Below, in pieces: positions 30,363 to 39,747 of a DNA stretch of 64,000 nucleotides. The notes beneath the pieces were generated by a model. That model worked only from the letters and a program-made list of their open reading frames with translations, ran no database searches and had not been told where the DNA came from. A program made the position numbers and the translations under genes. Origin of the DNA: an uncultured Verrucomicrobiota bacterium (GTDB lineage Bacteria > Verrucomicrobiota > Kiritimatiellia > RFP12 > UBA3636); assembly GCA_949285835.1 (NCBI GenBank), contig CASEAR010000044.1, positions 3,248-67,247 of the forward strand. Reading direction: 5' to 3'. Each line of letters starts with the position of its first letter. Within the stretch, counting starts at the first letter, position 1.

Positions 30363-31004
30363 ATGATGAACATCACAAAGAAGACACTTCCTGTTTTATT
30401 TTTTTCATATCTTATGTGCGGGTGCCTGTCGGTCTTTGACGGCTCTTTTCACGCCAATTCAAATTCATGGCGACCTCCGGTACCTGCACAGGTAAGCATT
30501 GAAAGCGCAGCAACCGGATCTCGTCCATTAAGGAGCGACGACGTGGTGGATATAATAGTAATGACCGGTTCTTCCGCTCCAATGCAGACAAGTGATGTCG
30601 TTGATACCGAGGGATGTGTTACGCTTCCGCTTTTAGGAGAATTTTCCGTCGGAGGATTGACGACGTCGGAAGCCGAAAAGGCAATATCGGAAGCGTATGT
30701 ATCCAAGCAGTATTTCAAGAAGGCTTCCGTTACTCTTGTCTGCAAAAACATGCTTCAGGAGTATGTAATCTACGTTACCGGCGCGGTAGTGCGTAAAGGT
30801 TCTCTCCCATATAAGGATGGCATAACGCTTTGGCAGGGAATTGTCGCCGCGGGAGACAGAACGCCGTTTGGGAGCGACAAAGTAAAGCTTGTGCGAAATG
30901 GGGTTACTACCACATACAGCATATCAAAGATTCAGAGCGGACGTGAGCCAGATCCGGTTCTGTTGCCGAACGATATGGTGGAAGTAGTGGAACGCTGGCT
31001 GTAG
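30363..31004 (+). CDS. polysaccharide export lipoprotein (Wza/EpsA-like Poly_export plus SLBB)
   Basis: Lipoprotein-like signal (LMCGC). The PLLGEFSVGGLTTSEAEKAI and AGDRTPFGS regions are typical of polysaccharide export proteins. Confidence 0.7.
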   Translation: MMNITKKTLPVLFFSYLMCGCLSVFDGSFHANSNSWRPPVPAQVSIESAATGSRPLRSDDVVDIIVMTGSSAPMQTSDVVDTEGCVTLPLLGEFSVGGLTTSEAEKAISEAYVSKQYFKKASVTLVCKNMLQEYVIYVTGAVVRKGSLPYKDGITLWQGIVAAGDRTPFGSDKVKLVRNGVTTTYSISKIQSGREPDPVLLPNDMVEVVERWL

Positions 31005-31023
31005 GAAGCCGGAGGCGGGGGAT

Positions 31024-31659
31024 ATGCCAGAGTTGTACGGAAAAGCCAGAAACGGCGTTGTTTTGTTTTTCTCTGGACTGCTTTTTCTAGCGGGTTTGTA
31101 CGGGGCCGTTTTTTCTTTAAGGGCGTCCGTATCGCAAACCGCATATCACGCGTGCAAATATGGTGTGTTTCGTGGAACGCAGTTCTGTACGCCTCCGGAG
31201 TCTGCTGGAGAGAATTTGTGGAACCAGTGCTATAAATCGTCCCTGCATTATCCCTACAACTACTATTTTTTCAGTTATGCGGCAAGATGCGCTTTTGATG
31301 CTGCATTGCGGTCTTCGGACTTGGAGCTTTTCGATGAACTGATGGACAAAGCGGATTTTTTTTCTGCTCGCGCGGTTTCTTTGAATCCGTACGATGAAGG
31401 TTCGAGGGATATCCGGGTTCGTGTGATTGCCGAAACAGACTCTGTGGATGGCGCGATATCTTATTGGCAAAGTGAAGTAGTTGATAAGGAACCATGGAGT
31501 TCAGTAAACAGGAATATGCTTGCTCAGCTGTATCTGCGGTCGCAGGCGGACGGGTCTTTTTCTAACGCGGTCATGCAGCTGCCCTTTGTCAGCGATGCAT
31601 CAATACGAAAGCGGTTGAATTCCGTTCGCGATAGACTTAATAAAAAGAAGAGCCAATAG
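31024..31659 (+). CDS. hypothetical membrane-anchored protein within the EPS locus
   Basis: 211 aa with an N-terminal TM helix. No recognisable domain. The call rests on position within the operon. Confidence 0.4.
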   Translation: MPELYGKARNGVVLFFSGLLFLAGLYGAVFSLRASVSQTAYHACKYGVFRGTQFCTPPESAGENLWNQCYKSSLHYPYNYYFFSYAARCAFDAALRSSDLELFDELMDKADFFSARAVSLNPYDEGSRDIRVRVIAETDSVDGAISYWQSEVVDKEPWSSVNRNMLAQLYLRSQADGSFSNAVMQLPFVSDASIRKRLNSVRDRLNKKKSQ

Positions 31660-31674
31660 ATTGAGATCGGTGAG

Positions 31675-33597
31675 ATGTGCGGCATAGCAGGTTTTTTTGG
31701 TGACGGCGCCAGGGAGAAGGCTGTCCGTATGGCGGAGGCGATGGTTTATCGCGGTCCGGATGACATGGGAATTTATGAAGAACCGGGGATTGCGTTTTCT
31801 CAGCGCAGGCTCAGTATTATTGACCTGTCAGGCGGACGTCAGCCTATAACCGATGAAAGCGGAGATTTGGTTCTTGTATGCAACGGGGAAATATACAATA
31901 GTCCGATTCTTAGAAAAGCGCTTCTAGATAAAGGGCACGTTTTCAAAACTAATACAGATGTTGAGGTCATTTTGCATTTGTATCAGGAAAAAGGGGATCG
32001 TCTGGTTTCTGATCTGAGAGGAATGTTTGCCTTTGCTCTGTGGGACAAATCACGCCGGCGTCTCCTTATGGCTCGCGATCACATGGGACAAAAGCCCTTG
32101 TTCTATGCAATTGGGAGCGGGGGAACTTTCGCATTTGCCTCTGAGGTTAAAAGCATACTTGCTTCAGATATCCTGGATCGTCGTCCTGATATTGACGCAA
32201 TTTGGCATTACATGTCGCTCAGATACGTGCCTGATAACAGGTCGATGTTCAAGGGAGTAATCAAACTGCCGGCTGCGCATTGTGCAGTATACGAGGACGG
32301 CAAAATCTCCGTATCGAGGTATTGGAGGCTTAACACTTTCAAGAATAAGATCTCCGGATCGGAACGGGAGCTTACAGACCGGCTTGAGAGTGTGCTTTTG
32401 GAGTCTGTAGGTACACATCTTTTAAGCGATGTTCCCGTGGGAACATTTTTAAGCGGCGGCATTGATTCGAGTCTTGTGACTGCGATGATGGCGAAAATAA
32501 CGGGCAGGTCCTTTCCTACATTTTCAATAGGGGTTAAAGAGCAAGACATAAATGAGCTCCCGTGGGCACGGATGATCTCCAGTAGGTATGGGCTGGATGC
32601 CCGTGAAGAAATCGTTGAGGCGGATGTTATTCATAAGATTCCAGAGATGGTTTACCATATGGATGAACCATCGGATCCGTTCGGCGTGGGCGTATATCTT
32701 GTTTCGCAGGTGGCCGCGCGGACAGTGAAAGTCGTGTTAACCGGCGATGGCGGGGATGAGAATTTTGCTGGATACGACAGGTTTGCCGGGCAAAAACTTG
32801 CAGGACTGTATTCAGTAGTCCCGTCGGCTTTGCGGAGGCATGTTTTCGGCAGAATCTTCAATCTTGTGCCGGAATCATTCGGGTACAAGAGCTTCGCCTC
32901 GAAGTTGAAGTGGCTCAATGACATGTCGTTTTTTTCTTCGGGCGAGCGGTACGCAAGGAGTATGTCGTTCCTTCGGTTTACCGACGAGGTTAAAGGATCT
33001 CTTTTTACCCAGTCTGCTCAATCCGCGCTTGAGAATTCTGATTCTGTGAGCAAAATCCTTGATTTCTTTAACGATGGCACTGCATCGGAGCTCCTTGATA
33101 AAATGCTTTATACGGATCTGATGACTCGCATGCCGGATCATCTTCTTGCGATTTCCGACAGAATGAGCATGGCTCATTCTATAGAGACCAGGCCTCCGCT
33201 TATAGACTACAAAGTCACGGAATTTGCAGCGTCGCTTCCTTGCAGTATGAAGTTGCACGGGAAGACGCTTAAGTATCTTTTGCGGAAGGTTTCCGAGAGG
33301 TATATGGACAAAAGGTTGATTGACAGACCGAAGCAGGGGTTCGGTTTCCCGATCGCAAGATGGATGCGCGGAGAGTGGGCTGCTTTCATGAAGCGCATTT
33401 TTCAGGAGTCCAGATTTGTGGAACTTGGCATATTCAAAAGAGATGAGATGTTAAAGCTTGCCGAGGAGCACATTTCCGGGCGTGCAGACCACAATTTCCG
33501 GCTTTGGATATTAATAAATCTTGAAGTTTGGCACAGGATCTGCGTTGAAGGTATGTCTTTGGATGATGTCAGGGAGTTTATAGACGCTGCATTATGA
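31675..33597 (+). CDS. asparagine synthase (glutamine-hydrolysing) family amidotransferase, exosortase-system-associated type
   Basis: MCGIAGFFG N-terminal nucleophile and a C-terminal synthetase domain with SGGIDSS. 640 aa. Located inside the PEP-CTERM EPS cluster. Confidence 0.85.
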   Translation: MCGIAGFFGDGAREKAVRMAEAMVYRGPDDMGIYEEPGIAFSQRRLSIIDLSGGRQPITDESGDLVLVCNGEIYNSPILRKALLDKGHVFKTNTDVEVILHLYQEKGDRLVSDLRGMFAFALWDKSRRRLLMARDHMGQKPLFYAIGSGGTFAFASEVKSILASDILDRRPDIDAIWHYMSLRYVPDNRSMFKGVIKLPAAHCAVYEDGKISVSRYWRLNTFKNKISGSERELTDRLESVLLESVGTHLLSDVPVGTFLSGGIDSSLVTAMMAKITGRSFPTFSIGVKEQDINELPWARMISSRYGLDAREEIVEADVIHKIPEMVYHMDEPSDPFGVGVYLVSQVAARTVKVVLTGDGGDENFAGYDRFAGQKLAGLYSVVPSALRRHVFGRIFNLVPESFGYKSFASKLKWLNDMSFFSSGERYARSMSFLRFTDEVKGSLFTQSAQSALENSDSVSKILDFFNDGTASELLDKMLYTDLMTRMPDHLLAISDRMSMAHSIETRPPLIDYKVTEFAASLPCSMKLHGKTLKYLLRKVSERYMDKRLIDRPKQGFGFPIARWMRGEWAAFMKRIFQESRFVELGIFKRDEMLKLAEEHISGRADHNFRLWILINLEVWHRICVEGMSLDDVREFIDAAL

Positions 33598-33608
33598 CAG
33601 CATGTGTG

Positions 33609-34325
33609 TCATGATGCCGGGTTTGCCGGACGCATTCCCTTATCTTTCTCTTTCTGACGGCTCTGAGTCATTTCATACTGAGATTTGAACGTCTGGCAGA
33701 ATTTTGACACGCGGCACAGATTGCATTTTGGATTGCGCGGCGTGCATGTTCTTTGTCCGAAAGACACAAAACACGCGTTCCATGTCCTCCATAGGCGCTG
33801 CGGCAATATTTTGCGAAGCGCCTCCTCCGTTTCGTAAGGGGTTGATGTGGAGACGATGCCGAGACGGTTGCAGATGCGGTTTACGTGGACATCGACACAG
33901 ATCGCAGGTTTTTGAAAAGCGAGCGCTACTACCAGATTGGCGGTTTTCCTACCAACTCCCGGGAGCTCGCACAATTCTTCCACTGTTTGAGGAAGTTTCC
34001 CCCCGAATTTCTCATGCAGAACTGCCGGAAGTTTCTTCAGCGACGCCGCCTTTTGTCGATAGAATCCCACGGGAAAAATAAGTTGCTCAATTTGTTCGAC
34101 AGTCATAGAATCCAAGTCTTCAAGACGGTTCAGCGCGGGGAAAAGCTTATTTCGGACAACATCTGAAGTGGTTGAGTCCTTTGTTCTTGCGCTGAGTATC
34201 GTGGCAATGAGTATTTTATAGGGTTCCGCACCCTGAGCCGCCATAAGGTCAATTACGGGTGCAGGGTTGTCCTTAAACTCCTGCAGAAGTATGTTGTAAA
34301 CAGCGTCTATTTCGTCTTGAGTCAT
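33609..34325 (-). CDS. nth: endonuclease III (DNA glycosylase/AP lyase)
   Basis: HhH-GPD motif LPGVGRKTANLV and a C-terminal 4Fe-4S cluster C..C..C..C. Confidence 0.85.
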   Translation of the reverse strand: MTQDEIDAVYNILLQEFKDNPAPVIDLMAAQGAEPYKILIATILSARTKDSTTSDVVRNKLFPALNRLEDLDSMTVEQIEQLIFPVGFYRQKAASLKKLPAVLHEKFGGKLPQTVEELCELPGVGRKTANLVVALAFQKPAICVDVHVNRICNRLGIVSTSTPYETEEALRKILPQRLWRTWNACFVSFGQRTCTPRNPKCNLCRVSKFCQTFKSQYEMTQSRQKEKDKGMRPANPAS

Positions 34326-34354
34326 TTAAATGCGTCTCTGCACTGGTCTATGTA

Positions 34355-34906
34355 TTAATTTCTTTGCTTGTATATGCTCTCAAAGTTCGAAAGTGCGTCT
34401 TCAGTGAGTTCTACAAGATACTTGTTGTCGGTTACGCGTTTGAACTTTTCAAAGCCAATACTTCCGAGGACCTTGATATAAGGAGTGGTCAATTCTGCCG
34501 ATTTTGTGAAGCGGGCCATGTCTGATGGGATCAGTCCATTGTCGATAAATGTTTGGAAGACATCGGTCATTTCGGATTTAGACAGATGCATTCTGTCTAC
34601 CGTAATGTCATTCCAATCCGGATGGTCGAAATTTGTTGCAAAATCCGACCAGATCTGCGGACTTCTTCCTATACGGAACTCGACCTGGCCGGTTCCGAAA
34701 AATGACAGGCGGCATGGATCCTGTATATCCGAAGTTTCCGTATCGGGGAAATAAGCTATTTCGATCCAGTCGAGATCGGACAGGCTTACGGTTATGTCCT
34801 TATGCTTCAGATATCCATCCTGATCGACGGGAGAAATGCATCCGGCGGATAACAATGTGATTGAAACAAAAAATAAAATCATTACGGGATTCATTGAGAA
34901 CCTCAC
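34355..34906 (-). CDS. hypothetical lipoprotein
   Basis: Signal peptide with a lipobox-like LLSAGC. 4-bp overlap with the upstream gspF. Confidence 0.45.
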   Translation of the reverse strand: MRFSMNPVMILFFVSITLLSAGCISPVDQDGYLKHKDITVSLSDLDWIEIAYFPDTETSDIQDPCRLSFFGTGQVEFRIGRSPQIWSDFATNFDHPDWNDITVDRMHLSKSEMTDVFQTFIDNGLIPSDMARFTKSAELTTPYIKVLGSIGFEKFKRVTDNKYLVELTEDALSNFESIYKQRN

Positions 34907-36147
34907 GTGAGATGCGCTGCGCTGGTCACAGCCATGACGGCTTGCATTACGGAAATGGCGATAAATGCGATGATCAGCGCAACTACAAATATCATTATCG
35001 GTTCGAGCGCTGTTGTGAATATTCCGACGTTGCGTTCCAATTCGCTTTCGTACCGTTTTGCGACGTGGCCAAGGGCGGACGGCATGTCTCCGGTTCTTTC
35101 TCCTATGGCTATCATGTCTATAACCATTTGCGGAAAGATTCCTCCGGCAGCCAACGGCCCGGATATTGAGGTGCCGTCTGTTACCCGGTCCCGGGCTTTG
35201 AGGAGTTCTTCTCCGATAACTGTGTTCCCCACAGTTTGTGCTGTTATTTTCAATGCGCCCAGAACAGGGACTCCGTTTGCGAGCAGCGACTGGAGCGTTC
35301 TCGCGAAATTTGCGTATATGCTGCTCGCCACAATGCCTTTTATGAGCGGCATTTTAAGCTTCCATTTATCCCAAATCGGACGGCCTGAAGAAGACTGTGT
35401 CCATTTCCAGAAGCCAATCCCTCCTCCGACCATAAAGATGACAAGCAGAAAACCGTATTGCTTCAGCCAATTGCTTGATCCTACGAGGATTTTTGTCATG
35501 GGCGGCAGGCCATCCGGCCCGATTTGATCGAAGATAACCTGAAATTTCGGCAATATTACGGTGACTGCGACGATTGCCACTATAAATGCCATAACAAGGA
35601 CTATAACCGGATACACCATCGCCGAAATGACTTTGGCTCGCATTGCCTGTATTCGCTCATAGTGTTCTATAAGCCTGTGCAGGACTTCAGTCATGGCGCC
35701 GCTGGCTTCTCCCGCACGAATCATGTTTATGTATATGGCTGAAAATATCTTAGGATGCTTTTCGAGTGCATCTGAGAAGTTGGCGCCCTCGATTATAGAG
35801 TCTCGGAGGGAGGCAATGATTGCGGAAGCCCCTGAGTTTGCATCGTTACGGCTTGCAAGGCAGTTCAGCGCATTCCCCAGAGTCATGCCGCCTTCAAGCA
35901 GGTCGCACAGTTCGTTTGTGAAAAGCAGAACTTCGCGCCCGCTCATGTGATTCGGTCTGGACAGTCTGAATTTTCGCGCAGTGTTGTGCGTAACGGAGGC
36001 TGACGAAGTGTTTTTCTGCGAGACTTTCAACGGCAGAACACCGAGCTTCTCTATAGCGGACAACGCTCCTCGCCTGTCCGGAGCTTCCACCCGTCCGGAA
36101 ACCTTGTTTCCGCTTTTGTTTTTTGCTGTATATTCAAAGATTGGCAT
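34903..36147 (-). CDS. gspF: type II secretion / type IV pilus platform protein GspF/PilC family
   Basis: 414 aa with two T2SSF repeats and three TM segments. N-terminus MPIFEYTAKNKSGNKVSG. Confidence 0.85.
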   Translation of the reverse strand: MPIFEYTAKNKSGNKVSGRVEAPDRRGALSAIEKLGVLPLKVSQKNTSSASVTHNTARKFRLSRPNHMSGREVLLFTNELCDLLEGGMTLGNALNCLASRNDANSGASAIIASLRDSIIEGANFSDALEKHPKIFSAIYINMIRAGEASGAMTEVLHRLIEHYERIQAMRAKVISAMVYPVIVLVMAFIVAIVAVTVILPKFQVIFDQIGPDGLPPMTKILVGSSNWLKQYGFLLVIFMVGGGIGFWKWTQSSSGRPIWDKWKLKMPLIKGIVASSIYANFARTLQSLLANGVPVLGALKITAQTVGNTVIGEELLKARDRVTDGTSISGPLAAGGIFPQMVIDMIAIGERTGDMPSALGHVAKRYESELERNVGIFTTALEPIMIFVVALIIAFIAISVMQAVMAVTSAAHLT

Positions 36148-36741
36148 TCAGAGCCCCTATATTTTCACACACATGTCCGGAGTTTACCTTTTTTCGCTTT
36201 GCCTTTCAAGTATGCCGGAATACGTTGGAATTTCGGGGAAGTTGCAAAACACAGCGTCCATGCCTGTGCTAAAAACGGGTGTCATGAGAAGAGTTCTGCA
36301 TATGCAATCAAAAGCATTCATATTAAATTTGGGCGGCCGCTAGCTTAACCCGAGTACGGCTTGAATTCATTTTGTGTTCAGATTTGATATGGCTTGCTGC
36401 ATCTTTATCTGGCGGCGCCAAGTTTCGAATTTGTCTGCGGGTTGCGCGGAACAGGCAATTCCCCGCCGAGAATAACGTTTCGAAATGTCATTCGTCGTCA
36501 ATGACATGGGAAGACAAGCCTGATGAACGTGGTCTCGCTGTGTGTCGCATTGGTTTTGTAGGGTTTCGTTTGATTTTGGTGCTGCAGACGTCAATGCTGT
36601 ATCCATAATTGACAGCGGCCATAAATACGGATGCAAATTGTTTTCTGCGGCGATTTTAAAAGCCGTCAGCCTGATTTGAATGCGGTTTTTGTACGGTGGG
36701 AATTTTATCAAATTTACGCGGATTGCGGCTGGATTTGGTCA

Positions 36742-36770
36742 TGACAAACAGGTCTTGGATATGGTACAAT
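36742..36770 (+). promoter_or_regulatory. putative sigma70 promoter (TGACAA, 17 bp, TGgTACAAT extended -10) for the DRTGG/CBS-HATPase operon
   Basis: Consensus match seen in the sequence about 50 bp upstream of the ATG at 36820. Confidence 0.3.
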
Positions 36771-36819
36771 GTTCTACAGACACTGCGAAGACAGTGATGG
36801 CCGTCTAATGGGGGGTGAA

Positions 36820-37176
36820 ATGACAGTAGACAAGGTTGCAGAAATACTTGACGGTAAAGTCTTATACAAGGACAAAGAGGATGAGCGCCATGTCGGCAAG
36901 GTGGTGGCGTCCGATTTGATGAGCGATGTGCTTCTGGTGGACGCAGATGACATACTTCTTCTGACGTCGCTTGCCAGCGATCAGTCAATTCGTACAGCGC
37001 AGATAGTTGGAGCCATGGGTGTTGTCGTGCACAACAACAAGCCGCTTCCGGCAAGTATGCTGAGCGTTGCTCAAACGCTTGGCATACCGCTCGTTACGTG
37101 TCCGTATGCAAAATATGAGAGTTGCGTCCGTCTTTATAAAGCGCTTTGCGCTGAAAGCGGTTCCGAAGAGCAGTAG
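36820..37176 (+). CDS. DRTGG-like small domain protein
   Basis: About 118 aa. Call rests on architecture and context: an identical-sized paralog flanks the CBS-HATPase gene on the other side. RBS GGGGGTGAAATG. Confidence 0.5.
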   Translation: MTVDKVAEILDGKVLYKDKEDERHVGKVVASDLMSDVLLVDADDILLLTSLASDQSIRTAQIVGAMGVVVHNNKPLPASMLSVAQTLGIPLVTCPYAKYESCVRLYKALCAESGSEEQ

Positions 37177-37179
37177 AGT

Positions 37180-38145
37180 ATGGACTCGCAGTCGGTAAAT
37201 GCGGTTGGCTCCACGGTTCGCAAGACGGAAGCTGAGGGCGATGCACTGGTCGTCATGGAGCTTATACAGAGGCTCAAGGTGCGTGACGTGATGACGCGGA
37301 ATCTTGTGACGTTGTCACGATCTGCGACATTGCGTGAGGCGCAGCTGCTGATGCGTGAAAACCACATAAGCGGCATTCCGATCGCCGAAAACGGACGTCT
37401 TTACGGGATCGTAAGCATAGACGACATTATACAGGCGCTTGACGGCGGGTATATTTCCGAGAAGTGTGTGAGCAGGATGTCGACACACCTGATCGTGCTG
37501 GAAGAAGATATGCCTGTATCGTTTGCTCTCGGTTTTTTTGAGAATTACAAATATGGGCGCTTCCCGGTCCTGAGCAAGGACAGGGCGCTTGTCGGCATTG
37601 TGAGTCAGCGTGACATCAGCCGCGTGATGCTCTACGAGCTTACACAGGAAATAAACAGGCTGGAACGGCAGCACACTAGGGCGCCGGAAGACAGGGTGGG
37701 AGAAGGGGCTCAGCTCTACATGCTGCGGGAGTTTCCCGTGGTAAAGTATGATTTCGAAAACGCAGGAAAGGCGGCGAACGAGATCAAAAGACTTTTGAGA
37801 GAGCAGGGGGTGGCAGCCAGACTGACCCGGCGTATAGCTGTGGCGGCATACGAGCTTGAGATAAATATATGCGTTCACTCCAACGGAGGAACACTTTCGT
37901 TTGTGATATCGAACGGAGTGGCGGAAGTCGTTGCCAGGGATACCGGGCCCGGAATAGAAAATGTCGAGTGGGCGTGCCGAGACGGAACATCTACTGCCAA
38001 TGAATGGATAAGGTCGCTTGGTTTCGGCGCAGGTATGGGGCTTGCCAACACCAAGCGCGTAGCGGACAAGTTCGATATATCTTCCACACTTGGTAAGGGA
38101 ACTACCGTGTATGCAGCGTTCAGGCTTGACGGAGCAGAGAAATGA
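37180..38145 (+). CDS. CBS-pair domain protein fused to an anti-sigma-factor-type HATPase_c serine kinase domain
   Basis: Two CBS motifs (VRDVMTRNLVTL.., GRFPVLSKDRALVGIVSQRDI) and a C-terminal RsbW/SpoIIAB-like ATPase (DTGPGI, GFGAGMGL). Confidence 0.7.
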   Translation: MDSQSVNAVGSTVRKTEAEGDALVVMELIQRLKVRDVMTRNLVTLSRSATLREAQLLMRENHISGIPIAENGRLYGIVSIDDIIQALDGGYISEKCVSRMSTHLIVLEEDMPVSFALGFFENYKYGRFPVLSKDRALVGIVSQRDISRVMLYELTQEINRLERQHTRAPEDRVGEGAQLYMLREFPVVKYDFENAGKAANEIKRLLREQGVAARLTRRIAVAAYELEINICVHSNGGTLSFVISNGVAEVVARDTGPGIENVEWACRDGTSTANEWIRSLGFGAGMGLANTKRVADKFDISSTLGKGTTVYAAFRLDGAEK

Positions 38146-38483
38146 CGTTTGAAGAAGTGCGAAAATCTCTAGATGGCGTGTGGGTAACGGACGGTCTGGA
38201 TGATTCCCAGTCCGTTTCCAATGCATACACATCGGATTTGCTTAGCGATGTGATGGGTAATGCACCGGACGATTCGGTGCTCGTAACCATACAGAATCAC
38301 CTGAATACGATTGCTGTATGTACACTGGCGGGAATAAAGATCGTGGCAGTGTGCCACGATCGGGATGTGCCCCAGGACATGAAGGATGCTGCAGAGAGGG
38401 AGGGCGTTGCGATTCTTCGCACTCCGTACGATCAGTTTTCTGCTTCGTGCAGACTGTCGGAACTCTGCGGCGGGGCGAGATAG
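38142..38483 (+). CDS. DRTGG-like small domain protein (second copy)
   Basis: 113 aa. 4-bp overlap with the CBS-HATPase gene. Similar size and pattern to the 36820 gene. Confidence 0.5.
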   Translation: MTFEEVRKSLDGVWVTDGLDDSQSVSNAYTSDLLSDVMGNAPDDSVLVTIQNHLNTIAVCTLAGIKIVAVCHDRDVPQDMKDAAEREGVAILRTPYDQFSASCRLSELCGGAR

Positions 38484-38583
38484 GGCGTCGCCGGGGGGCG
38501 TTTGCTGCTGCCGGCGGGCCGTCGGTATAGGGGCTGGACAGCGGCATGCTGTGGTGTCTACTGGTTATTTACGGAGCGGGAAG

Positions 38584-39747
38584 ATGAAAAAAACTTTGAT
38601 AGATAATGCCTGGATAGTTTCTCCGGGATATGAAGAGAAGTGCGGAGCCGTGCTGATATGCGGAGGTAGGATAGAGTCTGTAATCCGTAACGGGGAGCCC
38701 AGGCCGTCGGCCGATGAAGTGAAGGATGCCGCCGGTTCTCTGGTGGTACCGGGGTTTATTGACATCCATACGCATGGTGCGATGGGGGAGGAAGTCACAG
38801 GCGATAATCCGTCGGCTGTTGAGATTGTCGCTGGCGCCAAGCTTTCAGAAGGCTGTACACTGTTTGCTCCAACGACGCTTACGTTGCCTGAAGATATACT
38901 CAAACGTACGGCGGAGCGCGTGGCTTCGTACGCATCATCGGCGAAGTATGCCAATGTGATCGGTCTCCATCTTGAGGGCCCGTATATAAACCCTGAATGT
39001 TTGGGCGCCCAGAACCCGGATTTCGTCCGTCCACCGGATATCAATGAGGTGAAACGAATTTCCGAAGTTGTGCGTGTGACGGAGGTTTCGTTCGCTGTAG
39101 AAAAGGATCCGGATTCAGAATTTACCCGGATGTGTCTAGAGGCTGGGATTGTGCCGTCATGCGGTCATTCGAAGGCGCATTATTCCGATTTTTCCCGTGC
39201 ATATCACACCGGGCTGCGGCATTTGACGCACTTTTGCAACCAGATGACGCCGCTGCATCACAGGGATATTGGACTTGTCGGCGCCGGACTGCTGCACGAC
39301 GATGTGGTCCTCGAACTCATATGCGACAGAGTGCATCTGTGCGACGATATGATAAGGCTTGTGTTCGCGCGCCACCCGCTGAGTAAAATATGCGTGATTA
39401 CGGATTCCATGATGGCCAGTCATCTCCCGGATGGACCGTCGTCGCTTGGCGGACTTGATGTTATTGTCAAGGATGGACAGGCAAGGCTTACTTCGAACGG
39501 CGCGCTTGCCGGATCTGTGCTTCGCATGAATAAGGCTTTAAAAAATATTCGCGACGTTACAGGTCTGCCGCTGCAGGATATTGTGAGAACTACGTCGCTT
39601 AATCAGGCGGTTGAATTAGGATTGGATGGAGAACTTGGCCGGGTTGCACCCGGATTTGATGCTGATTTGGCGATGCTTGATCCTGAAAGTTTCGATGTGC
39701 TCGGAGTTTTTGTGAAGGGAGAAGATAGATCGGACAGGCTGATGTGA
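38584..39747 (+). CDS. nagA: N-acetylglucosamine-6-phosphate deacetylase
   Basis: Amidohydrolase HxH motif VPGFIDIHTHGAMG and colinear NagA similarity. The ATG at 38584 follows a GGAGCGGG RBS. Confidence 0.8.
   Translation: MKKTLIDNAWIVSPGYEEKCGAVLICGGRIESVIRNGEPRPSADEVKDAAGSLVVPGFIDIHTHGAMGEEVTGDNPSAVEIVAGAKLSEGCTLFAPTTLTLPEDILKRTAERVASYASSAKYANVIGLHLEGPYINPECLGAQNPDFVRPPDINEVKRISEVVRVTEVSFAVEKDPDSEFTRMCLEAGIVPSCGHSKAHYSDFSRAYHTGLRHLTHFCNQMTPLHHRDIGLVGAGLLHDDVVLELICDRVHLCDDMIRLVFARHPLSKICVITDSMMASHLPDGPSSLGGLDVIVKDGQARLTSNGALAGSVLRMNKALKNIRDVTGLPLQDIVRTTSLNQAVELGLDGELGRVAPGFDADLAMLDPESFDVLGVFVKGEDRSDRLM

Noticed and set aside
36330-36350. Adjacent NotI (gcggccgc) and NheI (gctagc) sites resembling a cloning polylinker
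   Set aside because: GC-rich 6-8-mers are expected by chance at this base composition. GCGGCCGC also occurs elsewhere in the window (near 23350), and no other vector-like sequence is nearby.
37315-38232. 305-aa minus-strand ORF
   Set aside because: It is antisense to the CBS-HATPase gene, whose motifs are clear on the plus strand.
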